Shown here: positions 29,038-37,801 of the stretch, piece by piece
How the letters are laid out: the number at the start of each line of letters is the position of its first letter
How positions within the stretch are numbered: position 1 is the first letter of the stretch
NCBI GenBank assembly: GCA_051652765.1
Contig: JBOFUV010000054.1
Location: 1 to 37,801, forward strand
Reading direction: 5' to 3'
Length of the DNA stretch: 37,801 bases
DNA from: Microcoleaceae cyanobacterium
GTDB lineage: Bacteria > Cyanobacteriota > Cyanobacteriia > Cyanobacteriales > Microcoleaceae
Made by a program: the position numbers and the translations under genes
The notes under the pieces: model-generated
The model's database searches: none
What the model was told of the DNA's origin: nothing
What the model saw: the letters and a program-made list of their open reading frames with translations, nothing else

Positions 29038-30366
29038 ATGCAGCGGTTACGGAATCGCGCCTTTGAGATTCTTAGCACAGAAGTCAGTCAATACGCCCAA
29101 GGGGACTTTGTTAGTGAAGTCGGGCGTAAAATTGTGATGCAGCGGTTAGAGAAGTTGCGATCGCAGCCTGGAAACCCCCTGTCCTTTGATGAACTGCGGG
29201 AAGTGGTCAGTGATCAGTTTCCTAACTTTGATGAGGATGTTCTCAAGCGTACGGCCCAGATTAACAGTCCAGCCAAAATTGCAACTTGGGTGCTGTGGGG
29301 AACTGCTGCCCTGGTGAGTCTGTGCGCCACGGTTTGGATTGCGAATCTGCCTTTTTCCTTCATTCGCAAACCCATTGCTCAGAAGGCCCCCCTGTTATTG
29401 TTGCCCAGTCAGATTGTCGCAGACCGCAACTACCAACAGGCGACAACGTTATTCAATCAGGCTGAGCAACGGTTTCAACAGGCAAAAACTAGTGCAGATT
29501 TAGATAGAGTTCAGCAACCCCTAGAAGAGGCAAATAGATTTCTGCAACAACTCCCAACCCATGCTTTGGAGACCTATCCTAAGCAATACTGTTCAGTGGT
29601 TCAGTGTCGTTGGAAGTTTACCCTACAGGAATACCAGACCACTCAAAACAACCTCGAACAACTCCAAGCAAAAGTATTACAGAACAAGCAAGCTCAGAAG
29701 CAACTGGCCCAAGCCCAAGCTGCCCTGAATAGTGCCCGACAACGGTATCAAAACTCTCAGTCCAGTTCAGAGCGAAACCAAGCCATGCTCGCTTGGCAGA
29801 GCGCCCTCGATCAGCTAACGCAAGTTCCGGCAGACACTCTGGCATGGAAAAGTGCTCAAACCCAGCACAATCAAGCCCAGCAACAATTTCAAGCCACCAT
29901 TGGGGCGACTGCTCCTACCCAAAATGTTGATTCTCTATTCTTGCTCGCTCAACAGTACGCCGAAAAAGCCGCAAGTACAGCCCAGAAGCCTCCCCATCCC
30001 GAAGCGCGATGGAACGAGGCGATCGCCCTTTGGCAACAGGCGATTCAACAATTAGAACGGGTCTCAGCGGATAGCCCGAGTTACTCCAAAGCTCAGGAAA
30101 AATTGCCGGAGTATCAATCCAACTTGCAAGACCTTGAGACGAGACTGCAAGAGGAGCAAGACTCGGTTGCCACCCTCAAAGCAGCTAGACAAATGATTGC
30201 TGAATGGCGAGAACTGGCCCACACCCAAGATCCGAGCTTGCGATCGCTGACTCGAAAATTGAATCAAATCATTGATACCTTGGAGGAGGTCAAACCTGGT
30301 ACTACGGTATCTGGAGAAGCCCAAGACTTGCTGCGTGCGACCCGTTATACTCGCAGTCAGTTATAG
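29038..30366 (+). CDS. Conserved cyanobacterial hypothetical membrane protein with helical/TPR-like repeats
   Basis: One TM (WVLWGTAALVSLCATVWIA); Gln/Ala-rich helices with repeated WQ.AL.QL.QV motifs. GGAGG RBS precedes ATG 29038. Confidence 0.7.
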   Translation: MQRLRNRAFEILSTEVSQYAQGDFVSEVGRKIVMQRLEKLRSQPGNPLSFDELREVVSDQFPNFDEDVLKRTAQINSPAKIATWVLWGTAALVSLCATVWIANLPFSFIRKPIAQKAPLLLLPSQIVADRNYQQATTLFNQAEQRFQQAKTSADLDRVQQPLEEANRFLQQLPTHALETYPKQYCSVVQCRWKFTLQEYQTTQNNLEQLQAKVLQNKQAQKQLAQAQAALNSARQRYQNSQSSSERNQAMLAWQSALDQLTQVPADTLAWKSAQTQHNQAQQQFQATIGATAPTQNVDSLFLLAQQYAEKAASTAQKPPHPEARWNEAIALWQQAIQQLERVSADSPSYSKAQEKLPEYQSNLQDLETRLQEEQDSVATLKAARQMIAEWRELAHTQDPSLRSLTRKLNQIIDTLEEVKPGTTVSGEAQDLLRATRYTRSQL

Positions 30367-30593
30367 GCGAACTCGGAACTTAGAAAGTATACTGGAGCTA
30401 GACGGAAAGCTGAGTATAAACTTGTTCATCATCCTGGTGACAAAGGTTGCTATTGTTGGCAACACGTTTACGATAGAGTGAATGCTTCAGCGATTCATCT
30501 CTTGTACTAACCCTGATTTTTGGTTTGTCAAGATGTTGCTAAACAGCCAAATTTACTCTCTAACCCGAGAGGCCCTACGCAGTTGCACCAGTC

Positions 30594-32849
30594 ATGGTTA
30601 AGACTGATCCAAGCTTTGCTACTCCTGCACAGAATTATTCCCTCGCTTACTCCGATGACAGTGATGAAGGCGGTTTGGATTTTGGTCAGGTGCTGGAAGC
30701 CGTTCGTCGTCGAATTCTGGTGATTGTAGGGATGACCGTTATTGTTGCGGCAGCAGCAGTGTACAAAGCAGCAACAGATACACCCATTTACAAAGCTGAG
30801 TTTGAAATTTTAACCCAGCCGGTCACGATTGAAACTCAAGTTCTCTCCGCCACCAATCCCCAAACCCTGAGTGGTCAAGAGGAGATTATTGCGGTTGAAG
30901 CGGATGCGGTCAAACTCAAACTGCTCAAAAGTCCGATTGTCATTGACCCAGTCGTTACGGAATTGGCAAAGAAATATCCCGGCATTACCTACGGTGCTGT
31001 TGTTTCAGGGTTGTCTATTGCACCTTCAGAGATCAATCTGCTCACGGTTGGCTATAAGAGTCATAGCCAGCAGTTGGTGATTGATACCTTGACCCAACTT
31101 CAGGAAGCTTATCTTCGCTATAGCTTAGAATCTCGACAGGCTGATATCCGTACAGGCATTAACTTTGTTGAGGAACAATTGCCCCAGTTGCGATCGCGAG
31201 TCCAAGATCAGCAAGACCGTCTACAACAACTGCGACAGAAATATAACTTAGTGAATCCCGATAGCGAAGGTGAGAGTCTCTCCACTCAAATTAGCGGAGT
31301 TGAGCAACAGCGTCTTGATACACAGTTGCAACTCAATGAAGCTAGGGCGCTTTATACCAACTTTCAACAAGAGCTAGCTACAACCCCAGCAGAATTTGTC
31401 GCAAGTTCTGTATTGACTCTGAGTCCTCGCTATCAGGAGTTGCTGACCCAACTACGCGGGATTGACAATCAGATTGCCAAGGAATCAGTTCTGTACCTGG
31501 AGAAAAGTCCAGAGTTAGAGACCTTGCAAGAACAGCGCCAGAAACTTTTGCCCCTGCTCAACCAGGAAAGTGAGCGCGCAGCCCAGGACTTGGCCAGTCG
31601 TATCCGCGACCTAGAAGCCCGCAGCCAAATTCTGGACAACACCACCCAAGACTTGAATCAACGGGTTAAGCAACTGTCTGTGATTAGCCGAGAATACACA
31701 GACATTCAGCGAGAACTGCAAATTGCAGCCAATAATCTTGATCAGTTTTTGGCCAAGCGGGAAGCCTTTAAGATTGATGCGGCTCAACGAGAGACCCCCT
31801 GGCAGTTGTTGACTCCAGCAGGAAAGCCAAAACCCTCCTCTGCCAGCGCCAAGAAAAATTTTGTTTTAGGTTCCGTCCTTGGGTTGATGCTAGGGTTAGG
31901 GACTGCATTACTGCTTGACAAGCTGAGCAATACTCTCTACTCCCCGAAAGAGGTCAAAGAAGTCACGCGCTTGCCTTTACTCGGGATTATTCCTCTGAAC
32001 AAGCACCTTGAAGATAGTAGTTTGATTGAAAATCAACTCGCTAATCTTTATTCAGATGAAATTTCTTTAGAACTATTTGGTCATGGCAAGGCTGCACTTT
32101 CATTTTCTCCTGTATTTTACGAAGCATTTCGTTCTCTTTATACGAGTATTCGTCTGATTAGCCCTGATGCTCCGATTCGGTCAATCGTGATTAGTTCTCC
32201 AACCCCTCGCGAAGGCAAGTCAACCGTTGCAATTTACCTGGCCCAAGCCTCAGCGGATCAGGGGAGACGGGTTCTGCTGGTTGATTCGGACTTGCGTCAC
32301 CCTTCCATCCACCAAAGAATGGGCTTAGTCAATGCCCAGGGTTTGACAGATGTGATCTTGGCGGATGCAGACTTCAATCATGTCATTCAGCAATCTCCCA
32401 AGGATAACAACCTATTTATCTTGACTACAGGGTCTCCTCCTCCTGATCCAGTCCGAATTCTAGCTTCACAGAAAATGTCGAGTTTGATGGAGCAGCTAGA
32501 GAGTTCATTTGACTTGGTGATTTACGATACCTCTCCGATTCTTGGCTTGTCAGATGCCTATTTATTAGGTGCTGAAACGGATGGCCTGATTCTAGTCACA
32601 GGCTTGGGTCAACTCAAACGGTCTGTACTGGAAAACGTCATGAATGATTTGAGACAACATTCTAACTTTAGGGTTCCAGTTTTAGGTGTGATTGCCAATC
32701 GTGATCAGAATGCGGCGCAAAGTCTACACAACTATAGTTATTATCAGCAATCCTCCTCACCGATTGTCGCCCAACAGAATGGCTTGGTGACAACACAGGC
32801 AAAACCCACCAAGTCTTTTTTGAACTTATTTCACAAGAAATCAAAATAG
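30594..32849 (+). CDS. wzc: Wzc/GumC polysaccharide co-polymerase with tyrosine autokinase domain
   Basis: Two TMs flanking a coiled coil; EAFRSL, Walker A SPTPREGKST, LLVDSDLR, Walker B VIYDTSP and C-terminal YSYY. Confidence 0.92.
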   Translation: MVKTDPSFATPAQNYSLAYSDDSDEGGLDFGQVLEAVRRRILVIVGMTVIVAAAAVYKAATDTPIYKAEFEILTQPVTIETQVLSATNPQTLSGQEEIIAVEADAVKLKLLKSPIVIDPVVTELAKKYPGITYGAVVSGLSIAPSEINLLTVGYKSHSQQLVIDTLTQLQEAYLRYSLESRQADIRTGINFVEEQLPQLRSRVQDQQDRLQQLRQKYNLVNPDSEGESLSTQISGVEQQRLDTQLQLNEARALYTNFQQELATTPAEFVASSVLTLSPRYQELLTQLRGIDNQIAKESVLYLEKSPELETLQEQRQKLLPLLNQESERAAQDLASRIRDLEARSQILDNTTQDLNQRVKQLSVISREYTDIQRELQIAANNLDQFLAKREAFKIDAAQRETPWQLLTPAGKPKPSSASAKKNFVLGSVLGLMLGLGTALLLDKLSNTLYSPKEVKEVTRLPLLGIIPLNKHLEDSSLIENQLANLYSDEISLELFGHGKAALSFSPVFYEAFRSLYTSIRLISPDAPIRSIVISSPTPREGKSTVAIYLAQASADQGRRVLLVDSDLRHPSIHQRMGLVNAQGLTDVILADADFNHVIQQSPKDNNLFILTTGSPPPDPVRILASQKMSSLMEQLESSFDLVIYDTSPILGLSDAYLLGAETDGLILVTGLGQLKRSVLENVMNDLRQHSNFRVPVLGVIANRDQNAAQSLHNYSYYQQSSSPIVAQQNGLVTTQAKPTKSFLNLFHKKSK

Positions 32850-32859
32850 AAGTTCATCT

Positions 32860-32888
32860 TCCCCGACGAGCGTCGGGGATTTATTTTA
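32860..32888 (+). terminator. Intrinsic terminator after wzc
   Basis: TCCCCGACG-AG-CGTCGGGGA followed by TTTATTTT. Confidence 0.75.
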
Positions 32889-32966
32889 GAGCCTCAATCA
32901 AACTGATGGGTTCCCTGCTGCTCGCGGATACGTGAGTCCATAGCGGTCGTGATTCCAACGCAATAG

Positions 32967-35264
32967 TTAATCCAGTGGATTCAATGTTACAAGTTGAATC
33001 CCTTGAGGCAATTGGGTTGGAGTCTTCTTGAGATGGCGGTCAAACAGAATTCTAGGTCTCAACAATGCCTTGAAGAGCAACAGCAAGGATTGAAACTCTC
33101 CGGGAGATTGCAGGGGTTTCCACTGACCCGGACGACAGAACAACATCTTAACCAGACGGCGATACTGATCGGTTTTTAAGGTGTTAAAGGCGATCGCGAC
33201 AACCCATTGTTCACCGTCCTGCTGATAGTCACCTCCTACAGCCGCAAGTTCTAATCCTTCTTCCACGAATTCTAATTGGACTGGAAGATCAGAGGCAGCC
33301 CACACAGGTTGATGATTCAAACAAACTTTAGCACCTGCCTCAGAAACACTGCGAGTTACTCCATAAAAAGTGGTTTCCCCCAGCTTGAGCTTAACCTTGC
33401 GCTCTAACTTAAACCACTCAAACTTGGGCTTAGGGGCATCAATCATAGCCATAATTGCCAGAGTTAAAACAAACAGGTTAAAGCCACTCCAAAACAGGAA
33501 TAAGCCAGATTCGTTGGTTGAGTATTGACCAAAGTAGCTCGTTTCTGGGAACCAGGACTCTGGTAGCAAGTCAATGCCCAACCCCTTGCACACTCCGATA
33601 CTCGTTGCCAGCCATAACAATATCAAAGGAATAGCCAAAGTCCAGTTGAACTCAAAGCGATCGCTCGTAATTCCCTTCGGCGTGACTTGAAACTTTTTAG
33701 AGAACGGGCGAAGCATTGAATGAATCGTCGTTATGGCCACTGGAAAACAGAGGATTGTGGAATAAATCTCAATCACAATTGTTGAACAAGATCGACGATT
33801 CAACCAATGGAATACAATCAAGTTGACCAGATACAAAGGCAGGAAAAAGTATAACCATTCCTCTAGGGAGCCAAGAATTGGTTTTAATCCCAAAAATGGG
33901 TATGCTAGAGCAATTATCAAAAATCCTACTCGAGATAAACTACTGGTCAACCAGAGTAAAATTCCCTCCAAGTAAGCCAGTCTTTGTCTTAAATTGAGGC
34001 CAGAAATTGTTAACGGATTGGCATCAACAAAAAAAGACTGAATTGTTCCTCTGCCCCATCGTTGCCGTTGAATGATACTGGCGCTAACACTCTCTGGAGC
34101 CAGACCTGCACTTAACTGTTCATCTAGAAAAATAACCTCATAATGTTTTGCCAGGAGTTGAATTGCCGTAAAGTAATCTTCACTCAAAGACTTAGTGTAA
34201 AAGCCATTGACTTCTACTAAATGGCTCCGTCTTACAACAAACGAACTGCCATAACAAAGTGTTGCATTAGCACCATCTCGAACCAACTGAGTATATCTTG
34301 AAAAGATCTCCTCAAGGGGATGATAAAACTGATGTTCTAGCCCCAAGTTATAGGCAAAGGGGTCAGCATTATAGAAGTCTTGATGAGTCTGTACTAAGGC
34401 AAGCTGATCGCGCTGAAACAATCCAACGGTTCGAGTGAGGAAATTAGAACTAGGAACAAAATCAGCATCGAATACAACAATGAGTTCTCCATGGGTTTGG
34501 GCAATGGCATGGTTAAGATTTCCCGCTTTAGCAAATCGATTCTCCGATCGAGTGATATATTGGCATCCCAGTTCTTGCGCCAGATGCCTCATCTCCAACC
34601 GTTTCCCGTCATCTAAAAGATAGATTTGTTTGCGGTTGTACTCGATTGCTTGACACCCGATAATGGTGCGACGAAGAATTTCAACACCCTCGTTGTAGGT
34701 TGGAATCAAAATATCGACGGTTGGGAGAAATTCACCCATGCTCACCGCAACTGACATTAAATCCGCTTCTTTTTTTCGCTGCCTTGACTGAATGGTTAAA
34801 AAAAGCTGAATCCCTCCCCCCAGGAAAATTGGCACTTCTAAAAGCAGCAGGATCAGGCTTAATGTTCCATTCAGAGGATCAGCCAGATTCAGACTGGAAA
34901 ACATCCGCCAAGTCAGGTAGCGAATCTGTAGGGCTAGCAAAATTGCAACAATTAAGGCTTGTGACCAGGGTTGAGGTGCTGGAGAAACCTGAACAACAAC
35001 CAGCGCCACTGTTGCCAGAATCAAGGCTGGGAGCAGTAGATATTGTAAAGCGGCATCGGGAGGCTCTAGCCAAATTGGCGGGTTTTCTTGCCAGAGGTGG
35101 AGTTGAGCAAAAAACTGACTAATACTGCTCTCCCCAGAGAACCAACTCCAAGTGATCACAGTAATAAAAGTAAAAACACTGAGCATCACTAATGTTGCCG
35201 TTCTTGGGCGAATCATGCGCCACCAACTCCGATGGACAGACTGACTACTGTACCCTGACGTCAT
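32967..35264 (-). CDS. Cellulose-synthase-like processive GT2 with degenerate C-terminal PilZ domain
   Basis: VDILIPTYNE, LLDDG, AKAGNLN, FDADF, SED, QRQRW and FQVTPKG; multiple TMs. Confidence 0.9.
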   Translation of the reverse strand: MTSGYSSQSVHRSWWRMIRPRTATLVMLSVFTFITVITWSWFSGESSISQFFAQLHLWQENPPIWLEPPDAALQYLLLPALILATVALVVVQVSPAPQPWSQALIVAILLALQIRYLTWRMFSSLNLADPLNGTLSLILLLLEVPIFLGGGIQLFLTIQSRQRKKEADLMSVAVSMGEFLPTVDILIPTYNEGVEILRRTIIGCQAIEYNRKQIYLLDDGKRLEMRHLAQELGCQYITRSENRFAKAGNLNHAIAQTHGELIVVFDADFVPSSNFLTRTVGLFQRDQLALVQTHQDFYNADPFAYNLGLEHQFYHPLEEIFSRYTQLVRDGANATLCYGSSFVVRRSHLVEVNGFYTKSLSEDYFTAIQLLAKHYEVIFLDEQLSAGLAPESVSASIIQRQRWGRGTIQSFFVDANPLTISGLNLRQRLAYLEGILLWLTSSLSRVGFLIIALAYPFLGLKPILGSLEEWLYFFLPLYLVNLIVFHWLNRRSCSTIVIEIYSTILCFPVAITTIHSMLRPFSKKFQVTPKGITSDRFEFNWTLAIPLILLWLATSIGVCKGLGIDLLPESWFPETSYFGQYSTNESGLFLFWSGFNLFVLTLAIMAMIDAPKPKFEWFKLERKVKLKLGETTFYGVTRSVSEAGAKVCLNHQPVWAASDLPVQLEFVEEGLELAAVGGDYQQDGEQWVVAIAFNTLKTDQYRRLVKMLFCRPGQWKPLQSPGEFQSLLLLFKALLRPRILFDRHLKKTPTQLPQGIQLVTLNPLD

Positions 35265-35475
35265 AAACGAAGCTCCTTGGTCAACGGATAAACTTAGAGT
35301 TGAAAGTGAACTCCTAGGTCTGTGTTAGGTCTGTGTTCACGGGGGTATGCTCAAAGATGGGTTCAAGAATCCCACTCAAAGCGTAAAGAAAAGTTACCCA
35401 ATTTGAATCTATCTATAGAGTGTCTTGCTTTCCTGAAAATCCTCTGAGTCAAGTCTGGGAAACTCTGGAGAATTT

Positions 35476-35512
35476 GTAAAACAAACAAAAAAGGATAGGC
35501 AAGAGCCTACCC
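35476..35512 (-). terminator. Intrinsic terminator of the caspase-like gene
   Basis: Minus strand GGGTAGGC-TCTT-GCCTATCC followed by TTTTTTGTTTGTTTT. Confidence 0.75.
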
Positions 35513-35545
35513 AGTTACATTAGACTAAGTTTTACAAAGAAAGGT

Positions 35546-37516
35546 TTAGTTTTTCTTTTGATTGTTCAAACGCGCTTGCCACTGGGCGATCGTCTTCTGA
35601 ACTGTTTTATAAGCTGGGGTATCTTTAGGAATGAGGGCTGCCGATTCAACTGCCTGACCCAACCGTCCTTTTTTGGCTTGGGCCTGGGCAATCTCTAAAA
35701 TTGCAGCCCCCCATTGGTCAATGGACTGTTTTGCCTCTGCATAACCGGGCTGACTCGCATTGATTTGGCGGGCGGTGTCAATTGCACTTCGGTAGGAACC
35801 AGCATCTCCAGTTTTAATTTTGGCCTGGGCAGCTTTGAGTTGGGCTCGATTATCTTTAATTTGCTGTAGCTTTTGATCCCATTTTTGAATTTGGAGCTGA
35901 GCCTGTTCGTAGATCGCCTGATTTTCCGGTGGAACCAGCTTTGCAGCCGCGATCGCATCGGGAAGATTATTGGCCAAAGCCCGCCCTTGAGCAATATCAA
36001 AAATCGTTTGACTCCAGCGTTCAATATCTTGCTGAGCAACGGGATACAGGGGGTCAGTCTTTTGAACCTTGCTGGCGGCGGCAATGGCCTCGCTCCAATT
36101 TGAGGCCGAGCTACTTTGCAAGGCAGTTCTGGCTTGCTTTAGAGTTGCTTCATTCCTAGAGATTGCTGCTTCCGAAAGATTTCCCGAATCTGCAGGTTTC
36201 ACCGGGCTAATCGCCTGGGTCTCAGGTGCCTTAGCAGCAGGCGCTGGAGATGTTGGAGCAGAAGCTGGACTAGGAGGAGTAGGAGACACCTTGACAGATT
36301 GACCCTGAGACGTAGGCTGAGACGTTGGGGACGGTCGGCCTAACACAATGCTCCTGTTTGCATAAAACACTCCAAACAGCAGGAGTAGCGCCGTTAGTCC
36401 ACTCCACAAAATCAGTTGCTGTAAGAAAGACTTATCTGACATCAATCCCTCAGTCAGTGGCTCTGGGTTTATAGAATGAGTAACGTTCTCTGTTCGATCT
36501 GGTGTTGCTGGAGAGCTGGGCGGCTTCCCAAAACCTCCATCAAAATCTCTCTGGGTTGCTGGCTGGGCGGCTGCGGCTGCCGCTACTGGAGGCAAGGATG
36601 ACTCTAGAGCATTAGCATTGCTCTCTTGCTCTACCGAGGAGTAACGGGTCATGGATTCAACATTCAATGCTGAGCCATTTTGGCCTTGACGATCCCCAGC
36701 CTTCGGGCCAACTCCACCTAAAGTGTTACTTGAACTTCCTAAGTTTGTAGTAAAACTAGAAACCGCTTCAGGCTCAGGCAAAATTAGACGACTCACCTTT
36801 TCAGAAGGGTTCATGACCAAAACAGGATCTTGCTGGGGTCTCAAATGCTGCTCCGTGAGTTCAGGCAGGCGATGACTCAAAAAGCGATACAGATCCTCAA
36901 TACTTTTTCCCTGATTACTCTTCAGCCCTTCTAACAAGGTCGCCGTGAAAAAACCTTGACGCAAGGCAGAGGTCTCACGAGAAAGCTGATCCGGGCGGCA
37001 GGACAGAATCGTCGGAATCTCCATTTGATTTGCCAACTCCATAGTGGTAATCCCCACACGCTCGCCAACTCGTCCCCCTTGACTTCGATTGATGTCCAGC
37101 AACATTAAAACTGACTCCGCTGGCGATCGCCTCAGACGCTCAAACATCAACTCCATCGGAATAGCTGTTTCCTCAGGATTAGCAGAACTCCCATCAATTG
37201 GCATCAGATAATCCTGTTCTCCACAATTCATGCCATAGCCACTAAAGAAACACCACAAGGTATCCCCTGGCTGCAGGCATTCATCACAGAGTCTGTCCAG
37301 GCAACTCAAGATGTTGTTTCGACTCGGATAAGTTGAGAGTCCTTCAATCTCCGGAGAAGAATCCGTGAGTAAAAGACACTTATCTGTTGAAAACCCTGCC
37401 TCAAGAAGAACTTGGTGCAATCCTTCTGCATCTCTCTGAGAATAACTGAGCGGCTGTAAAAACTGATATCCGTTAATTCCAATAGCAATACAAGAGTGTC
37501 GTCCCATCGGTGACAT
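35546..37516 (-). CDS. Peptidase C14 (caspase-like) protein, catalytically substituted pseudo-orthocaspase, membrane-anchored
   Basis: IAIGINGY..L..L.Y...DA, FFSGYG, DYLMP.DG, LLDINRS and GFFT..LLEGL; linker; TM (LILWSGLTALLLLFGVFY); C-terminal helical repeats. Confidence 0.88.
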   Translation of the reverse strand: MSPMGRHSCIAIGINGYQFLQPLSYSQRDAEGLHQVLLEAGFSTDKCLLLTDSSPEIEGLSTYPSRNNILSCLDRLCDECLQPGDTLWCFFSGYGMNCGEQDYLMPIDGSSANPEETAIPMELMFERLRRSPAESVLMLLDINRSQGGRVGERVGITTMELANQMEIPTILSCRPDQLSRETSALRQGFFTATLLEGLKSNQGKSIEDLYRFLSHRLPELTEQHLRPQQDPVLVMNPSEKVSRLILPEPEAVSSFTTNLGSSSNTLGGVGPKAGDRQGQNGSALNVESMTRYSSVEQESNANALESSLPPVAAAAAAQPATQRDFDGGFGKPPSSPATPDRTENVTHSINPEPLTEGLMSDKSFLQQLILWSGLTALLLLFGVFYANRSIVLGRPSPTSQPTSQGQSVKVSPTPPSPASAPTSPAPAAKAPETQAISPVKPADSGNLSEAAISRNEATLKQARTALQSSSASNWSEAIAAASKVQKTDPLYPVAQQDIERWSQTIFDIAQGRALANNLPDAIAAAKLVPPENQAIYEQAQLQIQKWDQKLQQIKDNRAQLKAAQAKIKTGDAGSYRSAIDTARQINASQPGYAEAKQSIDQWGAAILEIAQAQAKKGRLGQAVESAALIPKDTPAYKTVQKTIAQWQARLNNQKKN

Positions 37517-37684
37517 CTTTCATATACCTTATCTACACTTGGGAAAACCATACCACAAGCCCAGCTTTAGAGACCAACTCCCAGACCAAGCAGAAAAGCA
37601 GCACCACACAGCGAAGCAAAAGCCCCATCTCACAGACTTTCCAGCAATCAAATCACCCAGTTAAAAATCATTTAAGGGAAGGGG

Positions 37685-37714
37685 TTGACAGAAGGGTGTG
37701 GGATAGAATAGATT
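37685..37714 (+). promoter_or_regulatory. Sigma-70 promoter, probably of an rRNA operon
   Basis: Perfect -35 TTGACA (37685-37690), 18-nt spacer, -10-like TAGATT (37709-37714), AT-rich upstream region. Confidence 0.65.
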
Positions 37715-37721
37715 AGTAAAT

Positions 37722-37767
37722 GCGCTCGAGAAACAGAGAAACGAACGAAGCGCTCGAACCTAGAAAA
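37722..37767 (+). promoter_or_regulatory. rrn leader boxB-like stem and boxA antiterminator
   Basis: GCGCT...AGCGC stem enclosing a purine-rich loop, immediately followed by GAACCTAGAAAA (37756-37767), which resembles cyanobacterial boxA GAACCTTGAAAA. The 16S gene itself is not in the window. Confidence 0.65.
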
Positions 37768-37801
37768 TTGAAGAGCTAGAAAGCCTGAAAGCATTCCTTG
37801 A

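Larger units (their letters stand above)
262..37130. repeat. HIP1 octamer GCGATCGC dispersed through the window
   Basis: More than 20 copies seen by eye (e.g. 262, 2892, 4152, 5223, 11250, 19662, 37123). Confidence 0.95.

Overview
Chromosomal segment of a cyanobacterium. HIP1 octamers (GCGATCGC) are abundant throughout and several cyanobacteria-typical families are present (DUF928, DUF1822, HetZ-related, HepC-like); the organism was not identified further. Most of the window is housekeeping or envelope DNA: uvrA, an aldolase, pyk, mtnA, GT4-sugar transferase-gmd-fcl, Wzc, a cellulose-synthase-like GT2, two histidine kinases, a pseudo-orthocaspase, and a probable rRNA operon promoter/leader at the right edge. 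The most striking region is 442-6415. A leftward operon encodes an ECF-like sigma factor, DUF1822, a membrane-anchored CHAT protease-CHASE2 sensor with intact His/Cys dyad, and an exported DUF928 protein; it is divergent from an RTX Ca2+-binding protein gene. The shared intergenic region carries the same tripartite motif with identical spacing on both strands (TTTCCGAAAAAA-N13-CWGAAAC-N6-AGAAC). This suggests a protease-triggered sigma/anti-sigma circuit that autoregulates and drives the RTX gene (inference). Also found: a BrnT-type toxin pseudogene missed by the ORF track, two REP-like hairpin families, and many locus-specific 9-14 bp tandem duplications. All family assignments come from motif recognition by eye, not database searches.
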